Below, in pieces: positions 38,917 through 48,451 of a DNA stretch of 64,000 bases (within the stretch, counting starts at the first letter, position 1; every line of letters starts with the position of its first letter). The DNA lies in contig CAWBKP010000019.1 of NCBI GenBank assembly GCA_963789395.1, positions 1-64,000 of the forward strand. The letters run 5' to 3'. The notes under the pieces were generated by a model. That model did no database searches, was not told where the DNA came from, and saw nothing but the letters and a program-made list of their open reading frames with translations. Both the position numbers and the translations under genes were made by a program. This DNA is from an uncultured delta proteobacterium. Its GTDB lineage: Bacteria; Desulfobacterota; Desulfobacteria; Desulfobacterales; Desulfatirhabdiaceae.

Positions 38917-40030
38917 ATGATTGTAGGCATATTAAAGGAAATAAAGACAGAGGAGAATCGGGTATGCATGACACCTGCCGGCGTCGAAGTCATGATCGCC
39001 AATGGGCATACCCTGCTGGTGGAAAAATCAGCAGGTATCGGCAGCGGGTTTGATGATGCTGCTTATGCCAAAGCAGGCGCGGAGATCGTGAGCACACCGG
39101 CGGAAATCTTTAAAAGATCCGACATGGTCATGCACGTTAAAGAACCGCTGCCCGCCGAGTACGATCTGATCCGTGAAGGGCAGATAATTTTCACTTATCT
39201 TCATCTTGCGGCGGACGAGAGACAGACTCGAGGCGCTCATTAAAAGCAAGGCCATTTGCATCGCTTACGAAACCATTCAGAAACCGGACGGATCCCTGCC
39301 GCTGCTGACCCCCATGAGTGAAGTGGCCGGTAGAATGGCGATCCAGCAAGGGGCCAAATATCTGGAAATGGCCCAGGGCGGTCGTGGGGTGCTGCTGGGC
39401 GGGGTGCCTGGCGTGGATCCCGCAAATGTGGTGGTGATCGGCGGCGGTATCGTCGGCATCAATGCCGCCAAGATGGCCTGCGGCCTGGGCGCCAAAGTCT
39501 ATATACTGGATATGAATCTGGACCGGCTGCGGTATTTGAGCGATGTGATGCCGGCCAATTGCTTCAACCTGTATTCCAGCCCTGCCGCGGTTCGCGAACT
39601 GGTTAAACAGGCGCATGTGGTCGTGGGAGCCGTGCTGATTCCCGGCGCCAAGGCCCCCAAACTGGTTACCCGGGAGATGCTTAAAACCATGAAGCCGGGA
39701 GCGGTAATGGTGGATGTGGCGATTGATCAGGGCGGCTGTTTTGAAACTTCCAAAGCCACTACCCACGGCAACCCCATCTATACGGTGGAAAACGTGGTGC
39801 ATTACTGTGTGGCCAATATGCCGGGCGCCGTGCCGCGGACATCGACACTGGCCCTGACCAATGCCACCCTGCCCTATGCGGTGAAGATTGCCAACAAGGG
39901 GTGGAAAAAAGCCATGCAGGACAATCCTGATATCAAACTCGGGGCCAATGTGGTTCAGGGGCATATCACCTATCAGGGGGTGGCCGATGCCTTTAATCTA
40001 AAATATGTTCCAATTGATACAGTGCTGTAA
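38917..40030 (+). CDS. ald: Alanine dehydrogenase; frameshift near 39228
   Basis: [24 protein letters not shown], then [49 protein letters not shown]. Confidence 0.93.
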
Positions 40031-40521
40031 ATCAATATTCAAAGAGATCTGCCAGGCCGGTGATGGAATCGGATGTGCCGATAAAATATAGCCGGCCTGG
40101 CAGATTCAGAGGAAGCATTTCGGATATTCGTTCCCTGCGGCTGCAGGTGGATGAATAATTGCAGGGAAAAATTCAAGCCGGCAGTCTTTTGCCGGGATAG
40201 TTTATCAACCTGAACAAGATCAGTCGGCTTTTGATCCGCCTTTCATGCCATAATCCCCCCTCAAGATTGTCTTTGTGCTCTTCTCAACCGACTCTGCGAA
40301 GAGATGAACATTCGCAAATGGCTTCCATGGTACCTGTCATTGCGATTCAGACTCGGGAACTGATCACCTGCTGATGCCAGGAAATCGGATCGCAAATGAT
40401 CTTGACAGAACACGGGGCAGGTGCTACCCAAAAACTCAAAAACGCGATTCCGTATATCAATTTTCTTTCAAAAGACGTTCCTGCAAACATTCTGAGTGAG
40501 ACTGCGAAAGGATCATCAATT

Positions 40522-41416
40522 ATGCAAACCAAACCCCGAATTGCTTTCCTTGGCCTTGGCATCATGGGCCTGCCCATGGCCGGGCACCTGCTAAAGGCCG
40601 GCTTTCCAGTCACTGTTTACAATCGCACGGCCGACCGAGCCAAAGACCTGGTACTGGCAGGGGCCCGGCAGGCCGCAACCCCGGCAAAAGCCGCCTCAGG
40701 GGCGGACTTTGTCATCAGTATGGTCACAGACGGTCCGGACGTCGAAGCAGGTGCTTGTTGGACTCGACGGAGCCGTGCACGGGGCCCGGCCCGGCGCGGT
40801 GTTCATCGATATGTCCACCATCAGCCCGGAGACGGCCCGAAACCTGGCGGATGCGCTTTCCCGTCACCAGATCGAATTCCTGGACGCTCCGGTGAGCGGG
40901 GGGGACGTGGGTGCCCGAAACGCCACCTTGACCATCATGGTCGGCGGCAAGCAGGAGGTGTTCGAGAAGGCCCGGCCGGTGCTTGAAGTTATGGGCAATC
41001 GGCTCACCTATATCGGTCCGGCCGGGTCCGGCCAGGTGGTAAAGGCCTGCAACCAAGTGGTGTCGGCGGTCAACTTGCTGGCGGTATGCGAGGCCCTGGT
41101 GCTGGCAGAGAAAAACGGCATTGATCCGCAGACCATGATCCACGTGCTATCCGGCGGGGCATCCCAGTCCTGGTCACTGGAAAACCTGGGTACGCGCATC
41201 GTCAAGGGTGATTTTGCACCCGGGTTCATGGTCAAGCTGATGCAGAAGGACCTCGATATTGTCCTTTCCATGGCCTTGCGCAACAGCCTCACCCTGCCCG
41301 GGACCGACCTGGTACAACGGTTTATGGAGGACAGCACAGCGCACGGCGAGGCCGAGGAGGGAACCCAGGCACTTTACAAGGCGCTTAAACGGGCGGCGGG
41401 AAGATCAATCAAATGA
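40522..41416 (+). CDS. NAD(P)-dependent oxidoreductase, 3-hydroxyisobutyrate / 2-hydroxy-3-oxopropionate dehydrogenase family; frameshift near 40750
   Basis: FLGLGIMGLPMA, VYNRT, DMSTISP, LDAPVSGG, GSGQVVKACNQ, GFMVKLMQKDL. Confidence 0.88.
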
Positions 41417-43192
41417 AAGCTCATCAGGCCATTCGCGTTCATGGCCTTCTTCCGGGCCTTTTTTGCAGGCATCGATGACGCAGCGGCCCTCTTGCAGGGT
41501 CACATCCCGGCCCGGGTCCACGTTGTTGAAAAGCTTCCAGAGAATGAAGGAATTGTCGCCGATATCCACGTTGCTGTCATAGAAGAGCAAAAGGTTAAAG
41601 GGATGCAGGATTTCGGCGTTCAGCAGGCGTTCGGCAAAATAGCTTCCGGACAGGCCGGGCGCCTTTTGAACCTTTACGACCAGAATCCGGTTGCGACGGC
41701 CAGTATCTCCCTTGAGGATGCGAAGCGACAGGATGCCGTCACATGTCGATTGAATGCCGGAAAGAAGGGCGTCCTCGGTGAATTTTCCGGGCCGGACAAC
41801 AGGAATGGGCAAATTCCGGTCGGGTTCTCCACTGATGCGGCCGGTTAAGTCGATTCCGATTTTGTTGCCGAAATTGGCAAAGGGCGAGGAATGGTCCAGA
41901 ACGTCCAGGACGCCCTGGGCGTTCATGATGTCGGTGGTCAGATCAAAATTGTCCACAAGCTGCTGCATGACCTGATCCGGGTTCTTGGGATCAACGGTTT
42001 CATCCACAACGATAATGGCTTTGCAAAAACTCATCTGTCCCTGTCCCCAGAGGCCGGAAATGACTTTCTGGGCATGTCTGGGATATTCTTTCTTGATGGA
42101 AACGATAACGATGTTGTGAAATACCCCTTCCCAGGGAAGCCAGTAGTCCGTGATTTCCGGAAATACCGTCTGCAGCAGGGGAAGAAAGAGCCGCTCCGTA
42201 GCCTTGGCCAGATAACAGTCCTCCATGGGCGGCCGTCCCACAAGCGTTGCGCAGTATACCGGCGATTTTCGGTGGGTGATGGCCGTGACGTGAAATACCG
42301 GATAATCGTCTGCCAGGGAATAATAGCCCGTATGATCCCCGAACGGGCCTTCACGCCGCAGTTCATCCGGATCCACGTAGCCTTCAAGAACGAATTCGGC
42401 TTCGGCCGGCACTTCCAGATCGCAGGTCAGGCACCTGGCCATGGCAACCGGGGCGTTCCGGATAAAGCCGGCCAGAATCATTTCATCCACGTTCCGGGGC
42501 ATGGGGGCCGTGGCAGCATAGATGGTGGCCGGATCCGCGCCGATGGCCACCGCCACCGGCATCCGTTTTCCGGCCTTTCGGTATTCGTTGAAATAATTGG
42601 AGCCGTCCTTATGGATATGCCAGTGCATGCCGGTGGTCCGGCGGTCGAAGACCTGCATCCGGTACATGCCCACATTGCGTTTTTGGGTGGAAAGGCTTTT
42701 TGTGACGACAAGCGGCAGGGTGATGAACCGGCCGGCATCCTGGGGCCAGCAGTGCAGAATCGGCATATCAAAGAGGTTGATGTCATCGCCCTTCAGAACC
42801 ACCTGCTGGCAGGGCGGGACCTTGGCGCGGCTTTTCCGGGGAAAGAACCGCGATACGGAAAACGCCGTTGTCAGCATTCCCAGCATGTCCCGCAGATCTC
42901 TTGGCGGCGACATGTGGATGATTTCCCGGATCCTGTCCCCGAGGTGATCCAGGTTGTCGACGCCAAGGGCCAGACAGATCCGCTTCTGGCTGCCGAACAA
43001 ATTGGTGGCGACCGGAAAAGGCGAGTCCTTCACCTTCTCGAAATAGAGCGCTTTTCCGCCCAGCGGGCTTTTGGATTCGGCATCGGTCAGTTTGCTGATC
43101 TCCAGAACAGCGGATACGGGATGCGAAACGGTTTTGAGTTCGCCTTCTTTTTTCAGGGCCTGAATGAACTCGCCCAGATTGGTGTATTTCAT
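41405..43192 (-). CDS. ubiD: UbiD-family decarboxylase (MqnL-like, menaquinone biosynthesis)
   Basis: CWPQDAGRFITLP, NVGMYRMQ, GMHWHIHKDG, EGPFGDHTGYY, GRPPMED, LDVLDHSS. Confidence 0.9.
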   Translation of the reverse strand: MKYTNLGEFIQALKKEGELKTVSHPVSAVLEISKLTDAESKSPLGGKALYFEKVKDSPFPVATNLFGSQKRICLALGVDNLDHLGDRIREIIHMSPPRDLRDMLGMLTTAFSVSRFFPRKSRAKVPPCQQVVLKGDDINLFDMPILHCWPQDAGRFITLPLVVTKSLSTQKRNVGMYRMQVFDRRTTGMHWHIHKDGSNYFNEYRKAGKRMPVAVAIGADPATIYAATAPMPRNVDEMILAGFIRNAPVAMARCLTCDLEVPAEAEFVLEGYVDPDELRREGPFGDHTGYYSLADDYPVFHVTAITHRKSPVYCATLVGRPPMEDCYLAKATERLFLPLLQTVFPEITDYWLPWEGVFHNIVIVSIKKEYPRHAQKVISGLWGQGQMSFCKAIIVVDETVDPKNPDQVMQQLVDNFDLTTDIMNAQGVLDVLDHSSPFANFGNKIGIDLTGRISGEPDRNLPIPVVRPGKFTEDALLSGIQSTCDGILSLRILKGDTGRRNRILVVKVQKAPGLSGSYFAERLLNAEILHPFNLLLFYDSNVDIGDNSFILWKLFNNVDPGRDVTLQEGRCVIDACKKGPEEGHEREWPDELSFD

Positions 43193-43210
43193 GGCTTTTC
43201 CTTCCTGATG

Positions 43211-43810
43211 TTAAGCGCCGCTCCATTCGGCAGCCAGATCATGGGAAATTCCCAGGTGATCCAGTACCCTGCCGACAGTGGCATTGACGATGTCCCGAAC
43301 GCTTTCGGGCCGGTGGTAAAAGGCAGGAACCGGAGGATGCAGCACGGCGCCTGCCCGCGCCACCTTCAGCATGTTTTCCAGATGAATGGGGCTGAGCGGC
43401 GTCTCCCGCGGGAGCAGAATGAGTGGCCGTTTTTCCTTCAGGCACACGTCCGCGGACCGCACGACGAGATTGTCCGCAAGGCCCGCGGCAATGGCGGCAA
43501 GGGTCTTCATGGAGCAGGGGGCGATGACCATGCCGGCATGCCGGAAAGAGCCGCTGGCGGGCGGCGCAAAGAGGTTGTCCGGCGGGTATTCCTTTAAAAT
43601 CGCCGATTCGTGCGTTACGAGATCGAATTCGGACTGCAGAAACGGCAGCATCGGGCCGGATATGCCCAGTTCATGGGCCATGACTTTGGCCCCGTAGTCC
43701 GATACGATCAAATGGACTTCGACCGGCCGCCGCAACAGCTCCGAAACCAGCACGGCGCCGTAAATGGCGCCGGATGCGCCGGTAATTGCCACGATTATTT
43801 TTTGGGTCAT
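43211..43810 (-). CDS. ubiX: UbiX flavin prenyltransferase (MqnM-like)
   Basis: ITGASGAIYG, ASGS, APCSMKTL, RSADVCLKEKRPL..PRETPL..IHLENM, PAFYHRP. Confidence 0.95.
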   Translation of the reverse strand: MTQKIIVAITGASGAIYGAVLVSELLRRPVEVHLIVSDYGAKVMAHELGISGPMLPFLQSEFDLVTHESAILKEYPPDNLFAPPASGSFRHAGMVIAPCSMKTLAAIAAGLADNLVVRSADVCLKEKRPLILLPRETPLSPIHLENMLKVARAGAVLHPPVPAFYHRPESVRDIVNATVGRVLDHLGISHDLAAEWSGA

Positions 43811-43820
43811 CGTTTGCCTC

Positions 43821-45452
43821 CTACCTTAATAATGCATCTCCCAGAATTCCCAGAAACAGGAGCATGGAGATGGCGCTGTTGGCATGAAAAAACGCCAGCT
43901 CGATATGGGCCAGATCATGGGGACGGATTACCCGGTGCTGAAAGACCAGCAGCACGCAGATGATCGCAAGGGCAAGCAGATAGGCCATTCCCAGATCAAA
44001 TACAATGAAGAGCGCCATCAGCGACATGAAGGTGGCCACATGCAGGACGGATGATATGTGAAAGGCTGCCTTCACGCCGAGGCGCGAGGGAATCGAATAC
44101 AGGCCGATTTCCCGGTCGAACTGGACATCCTGGCAGGCGTAGAGAATATCAAAGCCGGCAATATATGTCAGCAGCGCAGTGCATAAAATGAGAATGGCGG
44201 GTTCGAACCGACCGGTGACGGCGATCCAGGCTCCCAGCGGGGCCAGTGATATGCTCATTCCCAGATAGAGATGAGACAGAGACGTGAATCGCTTGGTGTA
44301 GGAGTAAAAAAACAGAATCACCAGAACCGGCATGGAGAGCCAGAAGCATAGATTGCTGATCATGGCCGAGGCCAGGATGAAAGCAAGGGAAAATCCCGAT
44401 ACAAAAAGAATCGCCGACAGCGAGGATACGGTTCCTGCGGGAATATGGCGGTCCGCGGTCCGCGGATTGAGCCTGTCAAAGCGGGCATCCACAATCCGGT
44501 TAAAGCCCATGGCGGCGGAACGGGCGCTGACCATGGCAACCAGTATCCAGAAAAAAACCTGAAGCGAGACCGCATTGTCGCGATGCGCCAGGACCACTGC
44601 GGACAGGGCAAAGGGCAGGGCAAAGACCGTGTGGCTGAATTTGATCATGCGGCCGAAATCCGCGATCTGGCGGGTCAGAGCGGATGCGGGTGCAGCGGCT
44701 GCGGTTCTGCCGGATTCCAGAAGATTCCAGGCGCAGATGTTCTGCTCCAGGTAGTTGAAAAACGCATACAGCAGCACGCCCAGGAGGCTCATGGCAATGA
44801 TGCCGGTAAACATCTGCACATAATCAAAACGTCCCCATGCATCCATGATATAAAAGCCAAGACCGGTTGCCGTGGCAAAGGACTCCACGAAAAACAGCAC
44901 GGCAATGCCGGTGCCGGTGCCGATGCGAAGGGCGGTAAAGCCCTGGGGAAGGGCCGCGGGAATCACCACGTGATAAAGGGCCTGAAGGTTGCCGCCGCCA
45001 AGGGACCGGAAGGATTGAATATATTTTTTATCCAGCCTCAGCACTGCGTCGCGCGTGGCCACTACAATCTGATAGCCCATGATCAGGGCGATCATGAGAA
45101 TTTTCGGGGCATTTCCCAGCCCGAAGAGAATCAGAAAAATGGGCAGAAGAACGATCTTGGGGATTGGATAGGTTAAAAACAGAATCGGGGAGAGCAACCG
45201 GTCTGCGGTTCTGGAATATCCCGTCAGAATTCCCAGCGGAAAGCCCGCAAGCCAGGCAAGGGCCATGGCTGAGGATACGCGAAAGGCGCTGGCGCCGAAA
45301 TGTTTCCAGAAGAGAGCGGTTTTCAGCGCATTCCCAAAGGCGGCGAACGCCTGTTCCGGAGGCGGCAGCATGACCGAAGAAAGCCCTAAGGAGCATAGCT
45401 TCCAGCAAAGGATAAGCAGCACGGCGGACAGGGAATATCGGACGGCCTGCAT
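43821..45452 (-). CDS. Fusion protein: NitT/TauT-type ABC permease (N-terminal) plus UbiA-family polyprenyltransferase, MqnP-like (C-terminal)
   Basis: YPIPKIVLLP, VVIPAALP..FTALRIG, TGLGFYI; linker SGRTAAAAPASA; MIKFSHTVFALPFA, ARSAAMGFNRIVD..FD..NPRT..RHIP.G, YSYTKRFT, GFDILYACQD. Confidence 0.9.
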   Translation of the reverse strand: MQAVRYSLSAVLLILCWKLCSLGLSSVMLPPPEQAFAAFGNALKTALFWKHFGASAFRVSSAMALAWLAGFPLGILTGYSRTADRLLSPILFLTYPIPKIVLLPIFLILFGLGNAPKILMIALIMGYQIVVATRDAVLRLDKKYIQSFRSLGGGNLQALYHVVIPAALPQGFTALRIGTGTGIAVLFFVESFATATGLGFYIMDAWGRFDYVQMFTGIIAMSLLGVLLYAFFNYLEQNICAWNLLESGRTAAAAPASALTRQIADFGRMIKFSHTVFALPFALSAVVLAHRDNAVSLQVFFWILVAMVSARSAAMGFNRIVDARFDRLNPRTADRHIPAGTVSSLSAILFVSGFSLAFILASAMISNLCFWLSMPVLVILFFYSYTKRFTSLSHLYLGMSISLAPLGAWIAVTGRFEPAILILCTALLTYIAGFDILYACQDVQFDREIGLYSIPSRLGVKAAFHISSVLHVATFMSLMALFIVFDLGMAYLLALAIICVLLVFQHRVIRPHDLAHIELAFFHANSAISMLLFLGILGDALLR

Positions 45453-45454
45453 GA

Positions 45455-46184
45455 TCAGCCTTCCAGGACCTTGCGGACTTCTTTGATTTTATTGAAATAC
45501 GTGTCGCTCAAGCGGAAATTCTCCATGTCAAAAAACGGATTGTCCATCATGGCCCGAATCCGGGCCGGCCGCTTGCTGAGCACCAGGATGAACCGCCCCA
45601 GAAAAACAGCCTCTTCAACACTGTGGGTAACGATGGCAAAAGTCAAACTGTTTTTCCGCCACATGTCCTTCAGGACGGTCTGGAGATGTTCGCGGGTAAG
45701 GGCGTCCAGGGATGAAAACGGCTCATCCATCAGCAGGATGTCCGGCTCCGTTGCAATGGCTCTGGCAATGGCGACCCGCTGTTTTTGTCCGCCGCTCAGC
45801 TGGACCGGATACTGATGGGCATAAGGGGCAAGGCCCAGCTCCGAGAGAAGCGCTTTGGTTCTGGCGGTCCGAACCTCGGCAGGCATGTTCTGGATCTTCA
45901 TGCCAAGAGCCACATTCTCAGAAAGGGTTTTCCAGGGGAATAGCCCGTAATCCTGCAGGATAATGGACGTCTTTCCGGGCCTGCTCCGGTTTCCCTGAAT
46001 GCGGACCGCGCCGGCGGTGGCCGGAATCAGCCCGGCCATGATGGCAAGCAGGGTGGTTTTGCCGCACCCGGAGGGGCCGATGACGGCAAGTGACTCCCCG
46101 GCATTCAGGGAAAACGAAATGTCTTCCAGAACGGCTTCGCCGGCAGTTGTCAAATTTCTTGGTCAATCCGTCAACTTCTATCAA
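45455..46184 (-). CDS. ABC transporter ATP-binding protein (NitT/TauT-like); frameshift near 46155
   Basis: MIEVDGLTKKF, then GPSGCGKTT, LSGGQKQRVAIARA, LLMDEPFSSLD, VTHSVEEA. Confidence 0.9.
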
Positions 46185-46311
46185 TGCAGAAATCTCCTGA
46201 CAGGCACCGGCGTTTCAGCAGGTCGCCTGAAATCCCCCTGGCCCCTCTTTCTCCGGAGGCGGGACCGTGACTCTTCCGTGATTCTCTCCTGCAGGGAGAA
46301 TGAGTAAGGGT

Positions 46312-47250
46312 TCACGGGCCGGAAATGACCATGTCGGCATAAGCAATGCGTGTTTTGATCAACCCGTTTTTCAGCAGCCATTCCTGAACGGCCTGGACAT
46401 CGGCCTCGGACGGAATGGCGCGGGCCGGAAAAACCGGAACCGGATAGCTGTCTTTTACGGCCAGGGGAAACTGGGTTTTTTCAATCAGAAGCCCTTTGTA
46501 TGCCGACGGATCCGCGTTGATCAAATCGACTGCGGTATTGTAGGATTTTAAAAATCGCGGAATCAGGGCGCTGAGGGCAGGCCTGTTTTTCAGGTTGACG
46601 GCAAGAACCGTCAGGGCAGTATTCAGTTCCCGGTCATCCAGAACCACACGGGCGCCGCGGCTCTCGGCCAGGGTCAGAAGGGGCTCGGGTAACAGTGCGG
46701 CCGTCACCTGACCGGACAGGAGCATCTGCAGGCGGATCGGGATTTTCTTGATTTCCTGTTTGCTCACTTCACCGGGATTCATGTTCCGGGTGATCAGAAG
46801 CTGATCCAGAAGGTATTCAATGATCGTTGCACTGGAAATAGCCACCTCCTTTCCCTTGATTCCGTCAGGTTCGGTGATTCCGGACCCGGGAGCCACCGCT
46901 ATTCCGAACATCCGAAACCTGGGATTGGTGTGAAAAGCGGTGGCGATGATCTGAAGCTGCTCGCCGCTCTGCACCAGAAGGACCGTGTTGAGGATATCCC
47001 CGAAATAACCGTCCAGTCTGCCTGCCTGAAGCGCGGCATCGCGTTCCAGCGCGCTTTGAAAGCTGATCAGCTCCAGATCGATGCCTTCTTTTTCAAAAAG
47101 ACCTTTTTCCTGACCGACCAGAAGCGGCAGCACGTCCACGACCGGCAAAATGCCGACGCCAAGCTTTTCTCCCGGGGATGAAACCGCGGGAAACGCCAGG
47201 ATCAGCAAAACGAGAAAAAAAGATAGCCTGTTTGAGAATGTGGCATTCAT
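46312..47250 (-). CDS. ABC substrate-binding protein (SsuA/NMT1-like)
   Basis: Signal peptide; GILPVVD.LPL, GLFEKEG, FQSALERDAALQAG.LDG, IPIRLQML, LPEPL. Confidence 0.85.
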   Translation of the reverse strand: MNATFSNRLSFFLVLLILAFPAVSSPGEKLGVGILPVVDVLPLLVGQEKGLFEKEGIDLELISFQSALERDAALQAGRLDGYFGDILNTVLLVQSGEQLQIIATAFHTNPRFRMFGIAVAPGSGITEPDGIKGKEVAISSATIIEYLLDQLLITRNMNPGEVSKQEIKKIPIRLQMLLSGQVTAALLPEPLLTLAESRGARVVLDDRELNTALTVLAVNLKNRPALSALIPRFLKSYNTAVDLINADPSAYKGLLIEKTQFPLAVKDSYPVPVFPARAIPSEADVQAVQEWLLKNGLIKTRIAYADMVISGP

Positions 47251-47263
47251 GGATCCCTCTCTG

Positions 47264-48388
47264 TCAGTTATAGTCGGCAATCACGCGCTGCAGAACCGTT
47301 TCCATCCGGTGATAATTCCTGTGGATATCATGCGCCCGTCGAACATGCCCGGCGGCTGCCTCGCCCATGCTTTTTTGCAGCGCCGCATCGTCCAGGATGC
47401 GGGAGATGGCATCTGTAAAAGCCTGCAGGTCATAGAGCGGCGTCAGAAACCCGGTCAGTTTGTCTGTCACCACTTCGGCAATGCCGCCGTTATGAAATGC
47501 AACCACCGGAAGACCGCAGGCCTGGGCCTCAAGATACACCATCCCCAGAGTTTCCCGGATTCCGGGAAAGGCAAAGACGTCACCGGCGCTGTAAAACCGG
47601 TACATCCGATCCCTTGGGATTTTCCCGGCAAACCGGACTTTTCCGGGAAGAAGTGATTGGGCAAAGGTTTCAATGGTGCTTCTCTCTTTGCCGTCTCCGG
47701 CGATGACCAGGTGTACGGGTCTTTTCCGCCGGCACAACGCGGCGCAGGCCTTAATTGTCCAGATCAGTCCTTCAGTCTTGACGCCGGGGCGGAACATGGC
47801 CGCCGAGAGCACCACCGAAGCGTTCTCAGGGATTTTCCACGACCGGCGGAGTTCGTTCCGGGCGCCGGCGTCAAAGGTAAACTGCTTCGGATCAATTCCC
47901 GGGGCAATGTAGGTCAGGCGGTCATCGGGAATCAGCCGCCGCAGATTGACAAGGTCTTCTTTCCGGTTGGAGAAAACATGGTCCGCCCGTATCAGTGACT
48001 GACGGTTCAGGACAAATCCCGGAAGGGTTTTGAAGTGCTTTCTCCGCCGGGTTGAGTAAATTCCCTGAAAAATAACATAGGGGATGGCAAGCCTTTGACA
48101 AACCCAGGGGCCGAGAAGATCCGGCGACTTGTAATACGCATGGTAGGTCAGCCAGAGGCCGGAGCGCTCTTGGCCAAGGATTCGGAGGGCGCGCAGCCGG
48201 TCCCGGACAACAATGGGCCACAGCCATGGCTTCCAGAATATCCACCGGGCCCGGAGCCGGCTGGGGTGAATGATCCGGTGGCCGCCGCCTTCCAGAAAAT
48301 CCTGCAGGCCGGTGGCAATGGTCAGATCTCCGGACGGAAGATGAAAGCCAAGCGGTTTGAAAGGGGTATAATAACCGATGGTCGTCAT
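47264..48388 (-). CDS. Glycosyltransferase family 4
   Basis: PSGD, LTYHAYYKSPDLLGP, AAMFR..VK, FAFPGIRETLGMVYLEAQACGLPVV. Confidence 0.88.
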   Translation of the reverse strand: MTTIGYYTPFKPLGFHLPSGDLTIATGLQDFLEGGGHRIIHPSRLRARWIFWKPWLWPIVVRDRLRALRILGQERSGLWLTYHAYYKSPDLLGPWVCQRLAIPYVIFQGIYSTRRRKHFKTLPGFVLNRQSLIRADHVFSNRKEDLVNLRRLIPDDRLTYIAPGIDPKQFTFDAGARNELRRSWKIPENASVVLSAAMFRPGVKTEGLIWTIKACAALCRRKRPVHLVIAGDGKERSTIETFAQSLLPGKVRFAGKIPRDRMYRFYSAGDVFAFPGIRETLGMVYLEAQACGLPVVAFHNGGIAEVVTDKLTGFLTPLYDLQAFTDAISRILDDAALQKSMGEAAAGHVRRAHDIHRNYHRMETVLQRVIADYN

Positions 48389-48451
48389 CCCTGATGTTTC
48401 CTTGCGCAATAGTGCCTCACGCGCCGAGTGCCGCAGACAGATGCATCCGTG

